DNA from: Planctomycetota bacterium
Lineage (GTDB): Bacteria; Planctomycetota; UBA1135; UBA2386
Direction: 5' to 3'
Assembly (NCBI GenBank): GCA_965223545.1
Contig: OZ245006.1
Location: 672,001-736,000 of the forward strand
DNA length: 64,000 nucleotides
Shown here: in pieces, positions 1 through 9,800 of the stretch
Layout of the letters: the number at the start of each line of letters is the position of its first letter
Position numbering within the stretch: position 1 is the first letter of the stretch
Notes under the pieces: model-generated
What the model saw: only the letters and a program-made list of their open reading frames with translations
Database searches by the model: none
Told to the model about the DNA's origin: nothing
Program-made: the position numbers and the translations under genes

Positions 1-2
1 CG

Positions 3-1505
3 TTCGACGAGGAGTTCATGATCGACAACGCGGCCAAGGGCATGCTCCGCGCCCTCGACCGGCACTCCGCGTTCTTCACCTCGGAGGAGTACAAGGCGTT
101 CTTCTTCGACCTCAACCGCGAGTACGGCGGCATCGGCGCGTTCGTCAACTTCGACCGCGACGACGTGTTCTCGATCGTGCGGCCGATCTACTCCGGCCCG
201 GCCTACCGCGCCGGCCTGCGCTCGGGCGACAAGATCCTCGAGGTCGACGGCTGGGAGACCGCGGGTCAAACCTCGGAGGCGATCATCGCCAAGCTGAAGG
301 GCAAGCCGAGCACGCCGGTCAAGGTGAAGATCTACCGGCCCGGCATGGAAGAGCCCGAGGACGTCGAGATCGTGCGCGAGCAGATCAACGTCCCATCGGT
401 CAACTTCGAGCTGCTGCCGGGCAACATCGGCTACGTCGAGCTGATCACCTTCGGCGGCAACACCGCAGCCGAGCTGCGCGCCGTGCTGTCGGAGTTCGAG
501 CGCGTCGGCGTCGCCGGCCTGGTGCTCGACGTGCGCAGCAACACCGGCGGCTACCTGCTGGCCGCCCGCGAAGTGGTCGAGCTGTTCGTCGAGGGACGCA
601 AGCGCGTCGTCTACACCAAGTCGCGCGAGGGCATCGAAGAAGAGCACTTCACCCACGACCGCGCGGTGTCGCCCGGCATGCCGCTCGTCGTGCTGACCAA
701 CGAGTACTCGGCCTCGGCATCGGAGATCGTCGCCGGCGCGCTGCAGGACTACGGGCGCGCCGCGGTCGTCGGCAAGCGCACCTACGGCAAGGGCAGCGTG
801 CAGCAGCTGATTCCGCTGGACAGCGAGCCCGGCGAGCCGTTCGGCGACCAGAACCGCAACGGCGTGCGCGACGAGTGGGAGCCGTTCACCGACCAGAACG
901 GCAACGGCGAGTACGACATCGGGCCGCGGATCAAGCTGACCGTGGCGCGCTACTACCTGCCGAGCGGCCGCACGCCCAACAAGGAGGTCGACGCGAACGG
1001 CGAGGTGTTGAACCCCGACTGGGGCGTCACGCCGGACCACGAGGTCGAGCTGTTCGAGTTCGATCCGGGCAAGGCCTGGATGGTCGAGGCGCTGCGCCCG
1101 CTGGTGAAGGACGGCGCCTTCAACCGCTACGTCGAGGAGCGCTTGGAGCAGCACAAGGATCTGTTCTTGGAGCTCGCCAACGGCGACGACGAGGACGCCT
1201 CGCGCTATCCGGACTTCGAGGAGTTCTACGCGAGCCTGGACACCAAGCTGCCGCGGGACGAAGTGCGCCGCTGGATCCGCTACCGCATCCGCGACGCCGT
1301 GTCGGACCTGCGCGGCAAGGCCTTCGCCGGTACCCGGCGGATGGGCGACTTCCAAGAGGACCCGCAGCTGCAGTTCGCGGTCCGCTCGCTCCTGGAGAAG
1401 CGCGGCGTCGACATCCGTGAGATCAAGGCCTACCAGAACGTGCTCAAGCTGGCCAAGGTCGACGAGAAGGCCGCCGCCGCGAAGAACGAGAAGGAAGGCG
1501 GCTGA
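3..1505 (+). CDS. S41 family carboxyl-terminal processing protease (CtpA/Prc-like), 5'-truncated by window edge
   Basis: Frame is open from base 3. PDZ domain (GIG...GPAYRAGLRSGDKIL), DVRSNTGG, catalytic SASASE and TYGKGSVQ motifs, YYLPSGR. Confidence 0.93.
   Translation, partial: FDEEFMIDNAAKGMLRALDRHSAFFTSEEYKAFFFDLNREYGGIGAFVNFDRDDVFSIVRPIYSGPAYRAGLRSGDKILEVDGWETAGQTSEAIIAKLKGKPSTPVKVKIYRPGMEEPEDVEIVREQINVPSVNFELLPGNIGYVELITFGGNTAAELRAVLSEFERVGVAGLVLDVRSNTGGYLLAAREVVELFVEGRKRVVYTKSREGIEEEHFTHDRAVSPGMPLVVLTNEYSASASEIVAGALQDYGRAAVVGKRTYGKGSVQQLIPLDSEPGEPFGDQNRNGVRDEWEPFTDQNGNGEYDIGPRIKLTVARYYLPSGRTPNKEVDANGEVLNPDWGVTPDHEVELFEFDPGKAWMVEALRPLVKDGAFNRYVEERLEQHKDLFLELANGDDEDASRYPDFEEFYASLDTKLPRDEVRRWIRYRIRDAVSDLRGKAFAGTRRMGDFQEDPQLQFAVRSLLEKRGVDIREIKAYQNVLKLAKVDEKAAAAKNEKEGG
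834..917 (+). repeat. In-frame 45-nt-period tandem duplication encoding two DxNxNG Ca2+-binding-like loops
   Basis: gagccgttcggcgaccagaaccgcaacggcgtgcgcgac (834-872) vs gagccgttcaccgaccagaacggcaacggcgagtacgac (879-917). Confidence 0.8.
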
Positions 1506-1642
1506 CGCAGCGCGGGGGCCGGTCGCCCCCCCGTGCGGAGCCCGGCGCGCCCCGGGCAAAGGCAATGCGTCCCGCGCGTGGCGGCATCCCCGTCTCGATG
1601 AGAGGCGCGCCCAGCGCCACGCGCAGGCTAAGATCCCGCGCG

Positions 1643-3229
1643 ATGACTGCAGCGGCCAAGTCCATGGACGACCTCGTCGCGCTGTGCAAGCGGCGCGGCT
1701 TCATCTTTCCCGCCAGTGAGATCTACGGCGGGATCAATGGGTTTTGGGACTACGGCCCGATGGGCGTGGAGCTCAAGAACCGGCTGCGCGACGCGTGGTG
1801 GCACGACATGGTCCGGTGTCCGCCGCTCGGTCCCGACGGGCAGCCGCTGCAGCTGGTCGGCATCGACTCCTCGATCATCCAGAACCCGGCCGTCTGGCGC
1901 GCGTCGGGCCACGTCGGCGGCTTCAACGACCCGATGCAGACCTGCCGGGTCTGCAAGAAGCTGTTCCGCGCCGATCACGTCGACGAGATGCTGGCAGAGG
2001 CGGCGTGGCCGGCGGCGCTGGCCGCCGCGGCGGGCACCGCGATCGACGCCGAGGTCGCCGACGTCGACCCGGCGGGCCTGGTGACCTGGGCCAAGCGCAA
2101 GGGCAAGAAGCAGGCGCCGGGGCTCGCCCTGGTCCGCGATGCCGACGGCGTGGGCAAAGCGTTGCCGGCGCGCGCGAGCTTTGCGGCGCTGTGCACGGCG
2201 GCGGCGACGCCGGCCGGCTCCGAGCCCGCGGTGCCGTGCCCCGCCTGCGGCGGCGACCTGACCCCACCGCGGCAGTTCAATCTGATGTTCGAGACCTTTG
2301 TCGGCGCCGTGCGCGACGACAGTGCGGTGGCCTACCTGCGGCCGGAGACCGCGCAGGGCATCTTCCTCAACTACAAGAACGTGCTCGACACGATGCGCGT
2401 GCGGGTGCCGTTCGGCATCGCGCAGATCGGCAAGGCGTTCCGCAACGAGGTCACGCCGCGCAACTTCATCTTCCGCAGTCGCGAGTTCGAGCAGATGGAG
2501 CTGGAGTGGTTCTGCCACCCCGACGACGCGAAGACCTGGTACGAGTTCTGGTGCGCGCAGCGCAAGGAGTGGTGGCAGCGCATGGGGCTGTCGAGCGACA
2601 ACCTGTTGCTGCGCTCACACGATCGCGACGAGCTCGCGCACTACGCCAAGGAAGGCTGCGGCACCTTCGACATCGAGTACCGGTTTCCGTTCACCGCGCC
2701 GGGCTACGGCGAGCTCGAAGGGGTCGCCCACCGCACCGACTTCGATCTGGCACGGCACCAAGAGCACAGCGGCACCAAGCTCGAGTACTTCGACCAAGAG
2801 CGCAACGAGCGCTACATGCCGCACGTGATCGAACCCGCCGCCGGCCTCAGCCGCGGTGTTCTCGCGCTCTTGTGCGAGGCGTTCACCCCCGACCCCGAGC
2901 GGCCGAGCAAGGTGTTCATGCGCTTTCTGCCCAAGCTGGCGCCGGTCCAGGTCGGTGTCTTCCCGCTGGTCAACAAGGACGGCATGCCCGAGATCGGTGG
3001 CGAGCTGTACGCGCAGCTGCGCGACCGCTACCGGTGCCAGCTCGACGTCAAGCAGAGCATCGGCAAACGCTACGCGCGGATGGACGAGGTCGGCGCGCCC
3101 TTCTGCCTGACGATCGACGGCGAGACGCTCGACCAGCAGACCATCACCGTCCGCCACCGCGACACGACGGCGCAGGAGCGCATCCACCTCGATGCGGTCG
3201 AGGGGTTCCTGGCCGAGCACCTCGGCTGA
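1643..3229 (+). CDS. glyQS: Glycine--tRNA ligase (homodimeric alpha2 type)
   Basis: KRRGFIFPASEIYGG, YLRPETAQG, FRNEVTPRNFIFRSREFEQME, C-terminal anticodon-binding domain (SIGKRYARMDE). Start placed at ATG 1643. Confidence 0.95.
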   Translation: MTAAAKSMDDLVALCKRRGFIFPASEIYGGINGFWDYGPMGVELKNRLRDAWWHDMVRCPPLGPDGQPLQLVGIDSSIIQNPAVWRASGHVGGFNDPMQTCRVCKKLFRADHVDEMLAEAAWPAALAAAAGTAIDAEVADVDPAGLVTWAKRKGKKQAPGLALVRDADGVGKALPARASFAALCTAAATPAGSEPAVPCPACGGDLTPPRQFNLMFETFVGAVRDDSAVAYLRPETAQGIFLNYKNVLDTMRVRVPFGIAQIGKAFRNEVTPRNFIFRSREFEQMELEWFCHPDDAKTWYEFWCAQRKEWWQRMGLSSDNLLLRSHDRDELAHYAKEGCGTFDIEYRFPFTAPGYGELEGVAHRTDFDLARHQEHSGTKLEYFDQERNERYMPHVIEPAAGLSRGVLALLCEAFTPDPERPSKVFMRFLPKLAPVQVGVFPLVNKDGMPEIGGELYAQLRDRYRCQLDVKQSIGKRYARMDEVGAPFCLTIDGETLDQQTITVRHRDTTAQERIHLDAVEGFLAEHLG

Positions 3230-3288
3230 GTCGCCGGCTGCGCCGCGCGCGCGAAAGCCGACCCTGTGTCTTCACGCGTTGGGCGCTC

Positions 3289-3711
3289 TCACACGTTGGC
3301 GCTGATCGCGTTCAGGCGCTCGCGGAACTTCTGCTGGAACACCGAGTCGAAGTCGAAGCCGCCGACGAAGTCGAGGCGAGAGTCCTCGGGACGGCGGCTC
3401 AACAGGCCGGCGTCGATCAGGTTGAACACGATCTCGCCGAAGTCCTCGGTGCCGTGCACGCCCCACTGCTGAAACACGAAGGACGCCATCGCGCCGAACT
3501 GCTCGGCGGCTAGATCGCGCACGCCCTCGAGCAGCTCGCGGGCACCGACGTGCCGGTCCTCGCCGGTCAGCTGGTCCTTGCCGTAGTGGACCAGGGTGTA
3601 GTCGAGGGCATCGAGGGTGAAGTAGTAGGCATTGCGCGCAAACCGCCGATCACGCCGACGGACCTCGCTGATCCGCTCGTCGGGACCATCGCCTTCGGGA
3701 CACCAGCTCAT
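3289..3711 (-). CDS. Minf_1886-family conserved hypothetical protein (PVC bacteria)
   Basis: AYYFTLDALDYT, HVGARELLEG, WGVHGTEDFGEIVFNLI match the family as I recall it. Confidence 0.75.
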   Translation of the reverse strand: MSWCPEGDGPDERISEVRRRDRRFARNAYYFTLDALDYTLVHYGKDQLTGEDRHVGARELLEGVRDLAAEQFGAMASFVFQQWGVHGTEDFGEIVFNLIDAGLLSRRPEDSRLDFVGGFDFDSVFQQKFRERLNAISANV

Positions 3712-3798
3712 CGTGTCGGCTCCTGCGTGGATCCGGTTCGTTCACTCGCCGAGACCGGCGGCACCGCCGGGCCCCACGCCCCGCGGCCAACGCCGTCT

Positions 3799-3826
3799 GT
3801 ATCGGCCATTCGCGAACCGCCCTTGA
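3799..3826 (-). promoter_or_regulatory. Candidate sigma28/FliA-like promoter
   Basis: Minus strand reads TCAAG-N15-GCCGATAC, about 90 nt upstream of the Minf_1886-type gene. Confidence 0.45.
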
Positions 3827-3957
3827 GCCGGCGGGAACCGCGCCACGCGCGCCCCCCCGGTCCGTCCACAACACCGCTCCCCCCTCGCCGTTCCACCGGA
3901 AGAACGCCGAGGACAGTGCTGCAGCACCCCCACACCAAGGCCTTCTCTCGCCGCGGC

Positions 3958-4995
3958 TCAGCTCGACGCGCGCACCGCCGTCGCTTCGGTGATGCGCAGC
4001 AACGCCGCGCAGATCACTTGCTCGGGTCGGATGCGCAGCTGCAGGTCGGCCTCGGCCTCCTGCAGAATCTCGAGCACACAAGTCCATGGCGAGAGCACTG
4101 CACCGTAGGCCTCGCCGCCGGCCTGCGCAAGAGAACCAGCGATGACATCGCGCACCCAGGACGCCGCCGCGCCGAGGACGTAGCGCGCGCGCTGCTCGGT
4201 GGCGGCGGTGCCCGAAACGCCGTCCAACACGAGCCGGGCGAGGGACACCTCCGACACCTGGGTGCCCCCCTGCAGGAAGGCCACAACCTGTTGGTGCACG
4301 GCGGGAATCCCGGCCTCCAGCAGCGCCGCGGCGTAGCCCAGCGACCCGCGGCCAAGGGCGACCGCGACGGCGCGATCCTCGTCACTGCCGAGGCCCCGAT
4401 CGGCCAGCATCGAGGCCAGCGCCTCGGCGGCCAGCCCCCGAATCCGCAGGGTCGCGACCCGCGAGCGCACGGTGTCCAGCAGCTGCTGCGGCCGCGCCGT
4501 CGGCAACAGCAGATGGACCCGGTCACCCGGCTCCTCCAAGGTCTTGAGCAGCGCGTTCTGCCCCTGCTCGGTCAACCGATCCACCGGATCGATGATCGCC
4601 ACCCGCGCGGCGCCGCTGTAGGCCTGCCGCCCTAACGTCTCCTGCAGCGCACGCACTTGGTCGATCGAGATGTCCTGCTTGCCCTCGGCGACCGTCAGCC
4701 AGTGCAAGTCCGGATGCTGATCGCCGTGCACATGCCGGCACGCCGCGCACTGGCCGCACGGCACCGAGCCCGGCTCCGAGCCACCGCCGAACAGCTGGCC
4801 CGCCGCGACCGGCGGACCGGTGCAGAGCAGCGCCGCCGCGACGTGGCGCGCCGCCGTGGTCTTGCCGACGCCGCGGCCACCGGTCACCAGCAGACCGTGG
4901 TGCAGGCGGCCGCCGGCCGCCGCGCGCAACACGCGGTCGTACTCGTCGCCCTGGCCGAGCAAGCCGAACTCCAGCGGCCCCGACCCAGAGCTCAC
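3958..4995 (-). CDS. holB: DNA polymerase III subunit delta'
   Basis: GGRGVGKT, zinc module (C...CGQCAAC), HPDL, QNALLKTLEEP, TVRSR. GTG start overlaps the tmk stop (GTGA). Confidence 0.9.
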   Translation of the reverse strand: MSSGSGPLEFGLLGQGDEYDRVLRAAAGGRLHHGLLVTGGRGVGKTTAARHVAAALLCTGPPVAAGQLFGGGSEPGSVPCGQCAACRHVHGDQHPDLHWLTVAEGKQDISIDQVRALQETLGRQAYSGAARVAIIDPVDRLTEQGQNALLKTLEEPGDRVHLLLPTARPQQLLDTVRSRVATLRIRGLAAEALASMLADRGLGSDEDRAVAVALGRGSLGYAAALLEAGIPAVHQQVVAFLQGGTQVSEVSLARLVLDGVSGTAATEQRARYVLGAAASWVRDVIAGSLAQAGGEAYGAVLSPWTCVLEILQEAEADLQLRIRPEQVICAALLRITEATAVRASS

Positions 4996-5618
4996 GCGGC
5001 GCCTCCCGCCCACGCGGTGAGGCGTTCTCGCAGCATTGCGTGCACGCCGTCGGCGTCCCCGGAGGCGTCCAGCAATTCGACCTCTGCTTCGCTCGCCGCC
5101 AGCGCCGCGTAGCCGGCGCGGACCCGTTCGTGATAGGCCTCGCCGCGCGCCTCGATCCGGTCCTCGCCGCCACCGCCGCGACGGGCCCGGCGCACGGTCC
5201 ACGGCACATCCAGGACGAACACTCTCGCGGGCCGGGTCTCGCCCACCGCCGCGTCCGTCATCCGCCGCAAGTGCTCGAGCTCGACCGGGTGCTCGTGGGC
5301 ACTGCCCTGATAGACCCAGGTGGACAGATAGCAGCGCTCGCAGACCACCACTTCGCCGGCGCACAGCGCCGGCCGCACTTCGCGCTCGATCATCTCGGCG
5401 CGCGCCGCGCTGAACAGTAGCGCCTCGGCCGCCGCGGTCAGCTCGCCGGTCTCGGGCGCCAACAGCACGCGGCGCAAGCCCTCGCCGAGACCGGTCGACC
5501 CCGGCTCGCGCAGGTGGCGCACGCGGTGGCCGCGCTCCCCCAACCACGCGCACATGCGCCGCGCCTGGGTCGTCTTGCCGCCACCGTCTGGCCCTTCGAG
5601 CACGAAGTAAGCGGTCAC
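4992..5618 (-). CDS. tmk: Thymidylate kinase
   Basis: EGPDGGGKTTQ P-loop, REPG, LLFSAARAE, ERCYLST..YQG, DRIE. Usual tmk-holB order. Confidence 0.93.
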   Translation of the reverse strand: MTAYFVLEGPDGGGKTTQARRMCAWLGERGHRVRHLREPGSTGLGEGLRRVLLAPETGELTAAAEALLFSAARAEMIEREVRPALCAGEVVVCERCYLSTWVYQGSAHEHPVELEHLRRMTDAAVGETRPARVFVLDVPWTVRRARRGGGGEDRIEARGEAYHERVRAGYAALAASEAEVELLDASGDADGVHAMLRERLTAWAGGAA

Positions 5619-6817
5619 AACAGCTCCTCGACGCGGGCGCGCACCTTGTCGTCGGTCGCCATGCGCTCGGCCAAGCGCTTGGTCATGTAGCTGATCGAGG
5701 CACGCGAGCGCCCGCCCATCGAGCGGCCGATCTCGGCGCGGCTCAAACCCTCGAGCACACACAGGTGCGCCAACACCTGCCGTGCGAAGCTCACGCGGCG
5801 CTCCTGGGTCTTGCCCAACAGCTGCTCGCGCTCGACGGCCAAGCGCTCGCAGACCCGCGCACAGAGCCGCCGAAACGTCTGGCCTGGATCGATCAGCCGC
5901 AGATAGTGCGGCCGCAAGGCGTGCGCCTGGCGCTCGATGAACCACGCCCGGCGCAAGTCGTCGTAGCCGCCGCGCACCCGGCGCGCCAAGGACTCGATGC
6001 TGTCGGCGCGGCCGTTGCGAGACGGGGCGCCCTCGAGCGCGCGCAGGTAGGTCAGCCGCGCCTGAGGTCCGGGCGCGTCGATGCGGGTCACGAGCCCCGA
6101 CACCAGCACGCCCTGCAAGCTCTCGTCACAGCGCCAGATCTCGTGCGGATGCCAGCGCGACGCCACCAAGACCATCGCTCCCCGCTGCGCGCGCGCTTCC
6201 AGCGCGATGCGCAGCTCTCGCTGCACCCGCGCGTGGCCGGTCACCCGGTGCAGCTCGTCCAAGACCAGGCACGGCGCGCGGACCAGCTCCTCGCGCAGCC
6301 CCTCGACGCGCCCGTCGCGCAGGCAGGCGCCGAACACGCGCAGCAGCCCGGGCCCGTCGAACCACTTGCAGGGCTCGCCCGAGTGCTGTGCCCACCACCG
6401 CAGCAGGAAGGTCTTGCCCGCCCCGGGCGGCCCGTAGAAGACGAACATCGACGACGGCATGGCGCGCTGCTCGAGGAGCGCGCTCAATACCAAGAACCCG
6501 GTGCGGTTGCTGGCGTCGACGACCGGTCGCGTCGGTCCGACCTCGACGCCGTCCGGCACCAGGGCATCCGGGGCCGGCACCACACTGACCGACACCCGCG
6601 TGCCGACCTCCTCGGACAACACGTCTTCGAGCAGCGACTGGTAGAGCCGCTCGACGCGCTCGCACACCAGCCGGCTGCGCGCCTCGAGGTAGCAGACGCC
6701 GCGCTCGAGTGCCAGCGGTCGCAAGGCGGCCAGCCACGCGTCGTACGCCGCATCGCCAGCGCGGCGGCGCAGGGCGTCTTGGCTGCGCGACCAGGTCTCT
6801 CGGAGCAACTCGAGCAT
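5615..6817 (-). CDS. DnaA-like protein (divergent paralog: domain I, AAA+ and C-terminal HTH)
   Basis: N-terminal AYDAWLAALRP, VVDASNR, Walker A GPPGAGKTFLL, Walker B LVLDELH, C-terminal ARQVLAHL...LSRAEIGRSMGGR. Start at ATG 6817. Confidence 0.8.
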   Translation of the reverse strand: MLELLRETWSRSQDALRRRAGDAAYDAWLAALRPLALERGVCYLEARSRLVCERVERLYQSLLEDVLSEEVGTRVSVSVVPAPDALVPDGVEVGPTRPVVDASNRTGFLVLSALLEQRAMPSSMFVFYGPPGAGKTFLLRWWAQHSGEPCKWFDGPGLLRVFGACLRDGRVEGLREELVRAPCLVLDELHRVTGHARVQRELRIALEARAQRGAMVLVASRWHPHEIWRCDESLQGVLVSGLVTRIDAPGPQARLTYLRALEGAPSRNGRADSIESLARRVRGGYDDLRRAWFIERQAHALRPHYLRLIDPGQTFRRLCARVCERLAVEREQLLGKTQERRVSFARQVLAHLCVLEGLSRAEIGRSMGGRSRASISYMTKRLAERMATDDKVRARVEELL

Positions 6818-6885
6818 GGCGAAGCGTCCCGTAGACGAGCGCACCGGAGCTCGCCTGTCAAAGGCTTCTCCGAGCGCCGCTGACC

Positions 6886-9800
6886 TCAGCGGTTCCAGCT
6901 GCGCAGCAGGCGCGCGGCGCTGTCCGCCGCCTCGCCGTCGGCCGATTCGCCGAGCGCGCGCTGCAGCCAAGCCAGCGCCGCGTCGACTTCGCCGATGCGG
7001 TGTGCCGCGCGCGCCGCCGACACGCAGATGCGCGCGCGCGCCTCGCGCTCGACCGCCGCCGCTGGATCGGGGACCTCGGCCGGAGGCTTGCCGACGTGCG
7101 CGCGGTCCAGGTGTGGCCGCACCGCGAGCGCCATCTCGAATTCGCCCAGCGCTTCGCGCGGCTGCTCGGCCGCCAACAGCGCTTCTCCCAAGAGCACGTG
7201 CAGCTCGCGCATGAACGGGTCGATCGCCACCGCTTCGCGCAACAGCCGGATCTCCTCCTGGCGATTGCCGTTCTTGCGCTCCATGGCGGCGAGCTCCAGC
7301 CGCGGCGCGAACGCGCGCCCCGTGCGCCTTACGAAGCTCTTCAGCTCCATCATCGCCTCCTCGTCGCGATCCAGCGCACGCAACACTCTGGCCAACAGCA
7401 GGTTCGGCGCGACTTGCTGGTCGGTGCAGCGCGGCCAGCAGGCCTTGGCCCGCTGGTACTGGTCGAGCGCACCCTCCAGATCGCCGCTGCGCTCCAACAG
7501 CCGGCCGTAGCCCACCCGCGCATCGAAGTCGTCCGCGCCCTGCGCAAAGCCGGCCACGTAGCGCGCGGCCGCCTCGTCGAAGGCGCGGCGGCGCTCGAGC
7601 AACGCCGCGTGCAAGAGCAGGGCATCGCCGTCCTCCGGGTCGGCGCGCAGCGCCTCGCGCAGGGCGGCGGCGGCGTCGATCAGCTGACCGCGCTGCAGGT
7701 AGCCGTGTCCCAGTGCCACCTGCACCGCGACGTCGTCCGGCGCGCGCAGCGCGCGCTCGCGCAGGTGGTCCATGCTGGCCGCGCTGTAGCGCGGCACCAG
7801 GTCGAGTCCGCGCAGCTGCGTGGTCTCGACCCACGCCCGGAACGCGCGATCGAACTCCTCGGGCTGCAGGCCGAAGATGCCGTCGAACAGCTCTTCGGTC
7901 GAGCGGTCCTCGCCGTAGCCGCGCAGCATCTCCAGCACCGCGTCGAAGCCGTGGTGCTCCGCCAGATACTCGACGATCAAGCCACCCTGGTAGTAGCCGA
8001 ACAGGATGCGCGGCCCGCGGAACAGCCGATTGAGGTGCCGCAGCGGTGCGATCTCGTTGTTGTGGAAGGCATCGAACAGCTCGCGCGTCATGCCGCGCTC
8101 CCAGCTCGGGTCCTTCTGCCGTTCTTCGTAGACCGAGCAGCCCTCGGTCAACCAGCGCGGCACCCGGTGCTTGGACAGCGCCAGGGTCAAGACGTGCGCG
8201 TACTCGTGCCACGCGGTCGCCGTCCACATGAAGTCCTGGCGGCGTAGCTGGTCGTCGACCGGCGACACCAGCGTCATGAATCGCCCGAAGCAGGCGCCGA
8301 GCGCGTGGAAGCCGCGGAAGCCGATGGTGCGCACCGAGAAGTCGTTCCACGTGTGGTACACCTCGGCGGTGACCACCTGATCTTCGACGTGCCCGTACTT
8401 GGCGCCGAGCTCGCGCCGCGCCTCGGCCAACACCGGTACGAGGTAGCGCTCGAGCACCTCGACGTCGTCGTAGTGCAACACCAACCTGAGGCCGTCGGCC
8501 TCGACGGTCCGGTACTGCTCCTGCAGCAGCTCTTGCACGGCGATGGCGTTGTCGCGCCACGGGTCGACGAAACCCTTCTGCAGCTGAGCGGCGCGGCGCA
8601 AGTGCGTCAGGGCCTCGTCGCCCCGAGCACAATAGACCAGCGCTTTGGCCAAGCCGTGCAGCGCCGACACGGACTCGGGCTCCTCGCTCAGCGCTCGTTC
8701 GTAGTACGGCACTGCATCTTCGAACCGATACAGCGCCACCAAGTGGTCCCCCAGGTGCCGGTAGGTGTCGGCGTAGCCGGCATCGATGGCGAGAAGCCGC
8801 TCGCGCAGCGCCGCCTCGTCACCGGGCTCGTTGAGCAGGTGTGCTGTGGCGGCACGGTGGCTCAACACCTCTCGGTGGTTGGGATTGACCGCCAACGCCG
8901 CATCGAAGATCTCGGCGGCGAGGGTGAAGTTGCGGTCGCGCAGCGCGAGGATGCCGCGCTCCATCAGCGCCGGCACGCTCTTCGGGTTGAGGCTGAGCGC
9001 GCGCGACAGATAGTCCTCGGTCTTCGCCGGATCGAGCTGGAAGTTGGCTCGGCGCAGGCGGTAGAGCGCGACCAGCGCCTCCTCGACCTCACCGTGCTCG
9101 CGCAGCACCGTGGTCAGCGCCTTCTCTCCGCTGGGCAAGCCGGCGGCTTCGCCGTAGGCGAGGAAATGAGCCCAGCCGAAAGCGATCCGCGCATCCGGCC
9201 GGTCGGGATCGGCTTCGATCGCGCGGACGAACAAGCGGCTGGCGGCGACCAACGACTCGGCGTCCGGGCGCCGCATCAGCGCGCGGCCGGCGCAGGTCAA
9301 CACTACCGCGTCGTCGCTGCGCCGCGCATCATCGACCACGCGCTGCCACTGCTCGGCAGCGCCGGCTCGATCGCCGCTCTGCTCGAGGGTGCGCGCCAGC
9401 CAGTGCCGCACCTCGACGTCCTCGCCGCGCTGCTCGAGCAGCGCACCCCACTCGGCGGCGGCCTCGTCATAGCGCCCCACGGTGTGCAGCACGCGGCCAC
9501 GCAGCAGGCGCCAGCCGCGCAGGGCCTGCGCCTCCGCCGGCATCTCGGCGAGCCCCTCCAGCACCGCTTCGTACTCACCACGGATGCGCTGCAGGTCGAG
9601 CAAACCGAGCTGTGCGCGCCACAGCACGGCCTGCGGCGCGGGCTCCTCGGCGTCCTCCTCGTCGGGGTAGACGATCGCCTCGAAGCCGGCCACCGCCTCG
9701 CCGAGACGGCCGCGCAGCGCGCTGCGCTCGGCGGCGCGCAGCTGATCGGTCCAGTACGGGTCGTCGCCGCCCCCCTCGACCTGCGCGGCCAGCGGCGTCG

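Noticed and set aside
1506..1628. Multiple hairpins upstream of glyQS as a T-box or riboswitch
   Set aside because: There is no T-box consensus or specifier loop and the region is too short. A -10-like element lies downstream of the hairpins, so a terminator or chance structure is more likely.
5615..6900. oriC near the DnaA-like gene or near yidC-mnmE
   Set aside because: I saw no cluster of TTATCCACA-like boxes and no AT-rich unwinding region, and the intergenic gaps are small.
5615..8632. 1005-aa ORF suggesting a large N-terminal fusion on the DnaA-like protein (similar over-extensions for holB, the response regulator and nrdR)
   Set aside because: The extension overlaps the TPR gene in another frame and is low-complexity. 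Recognisable sequence starts at ATG 6817.
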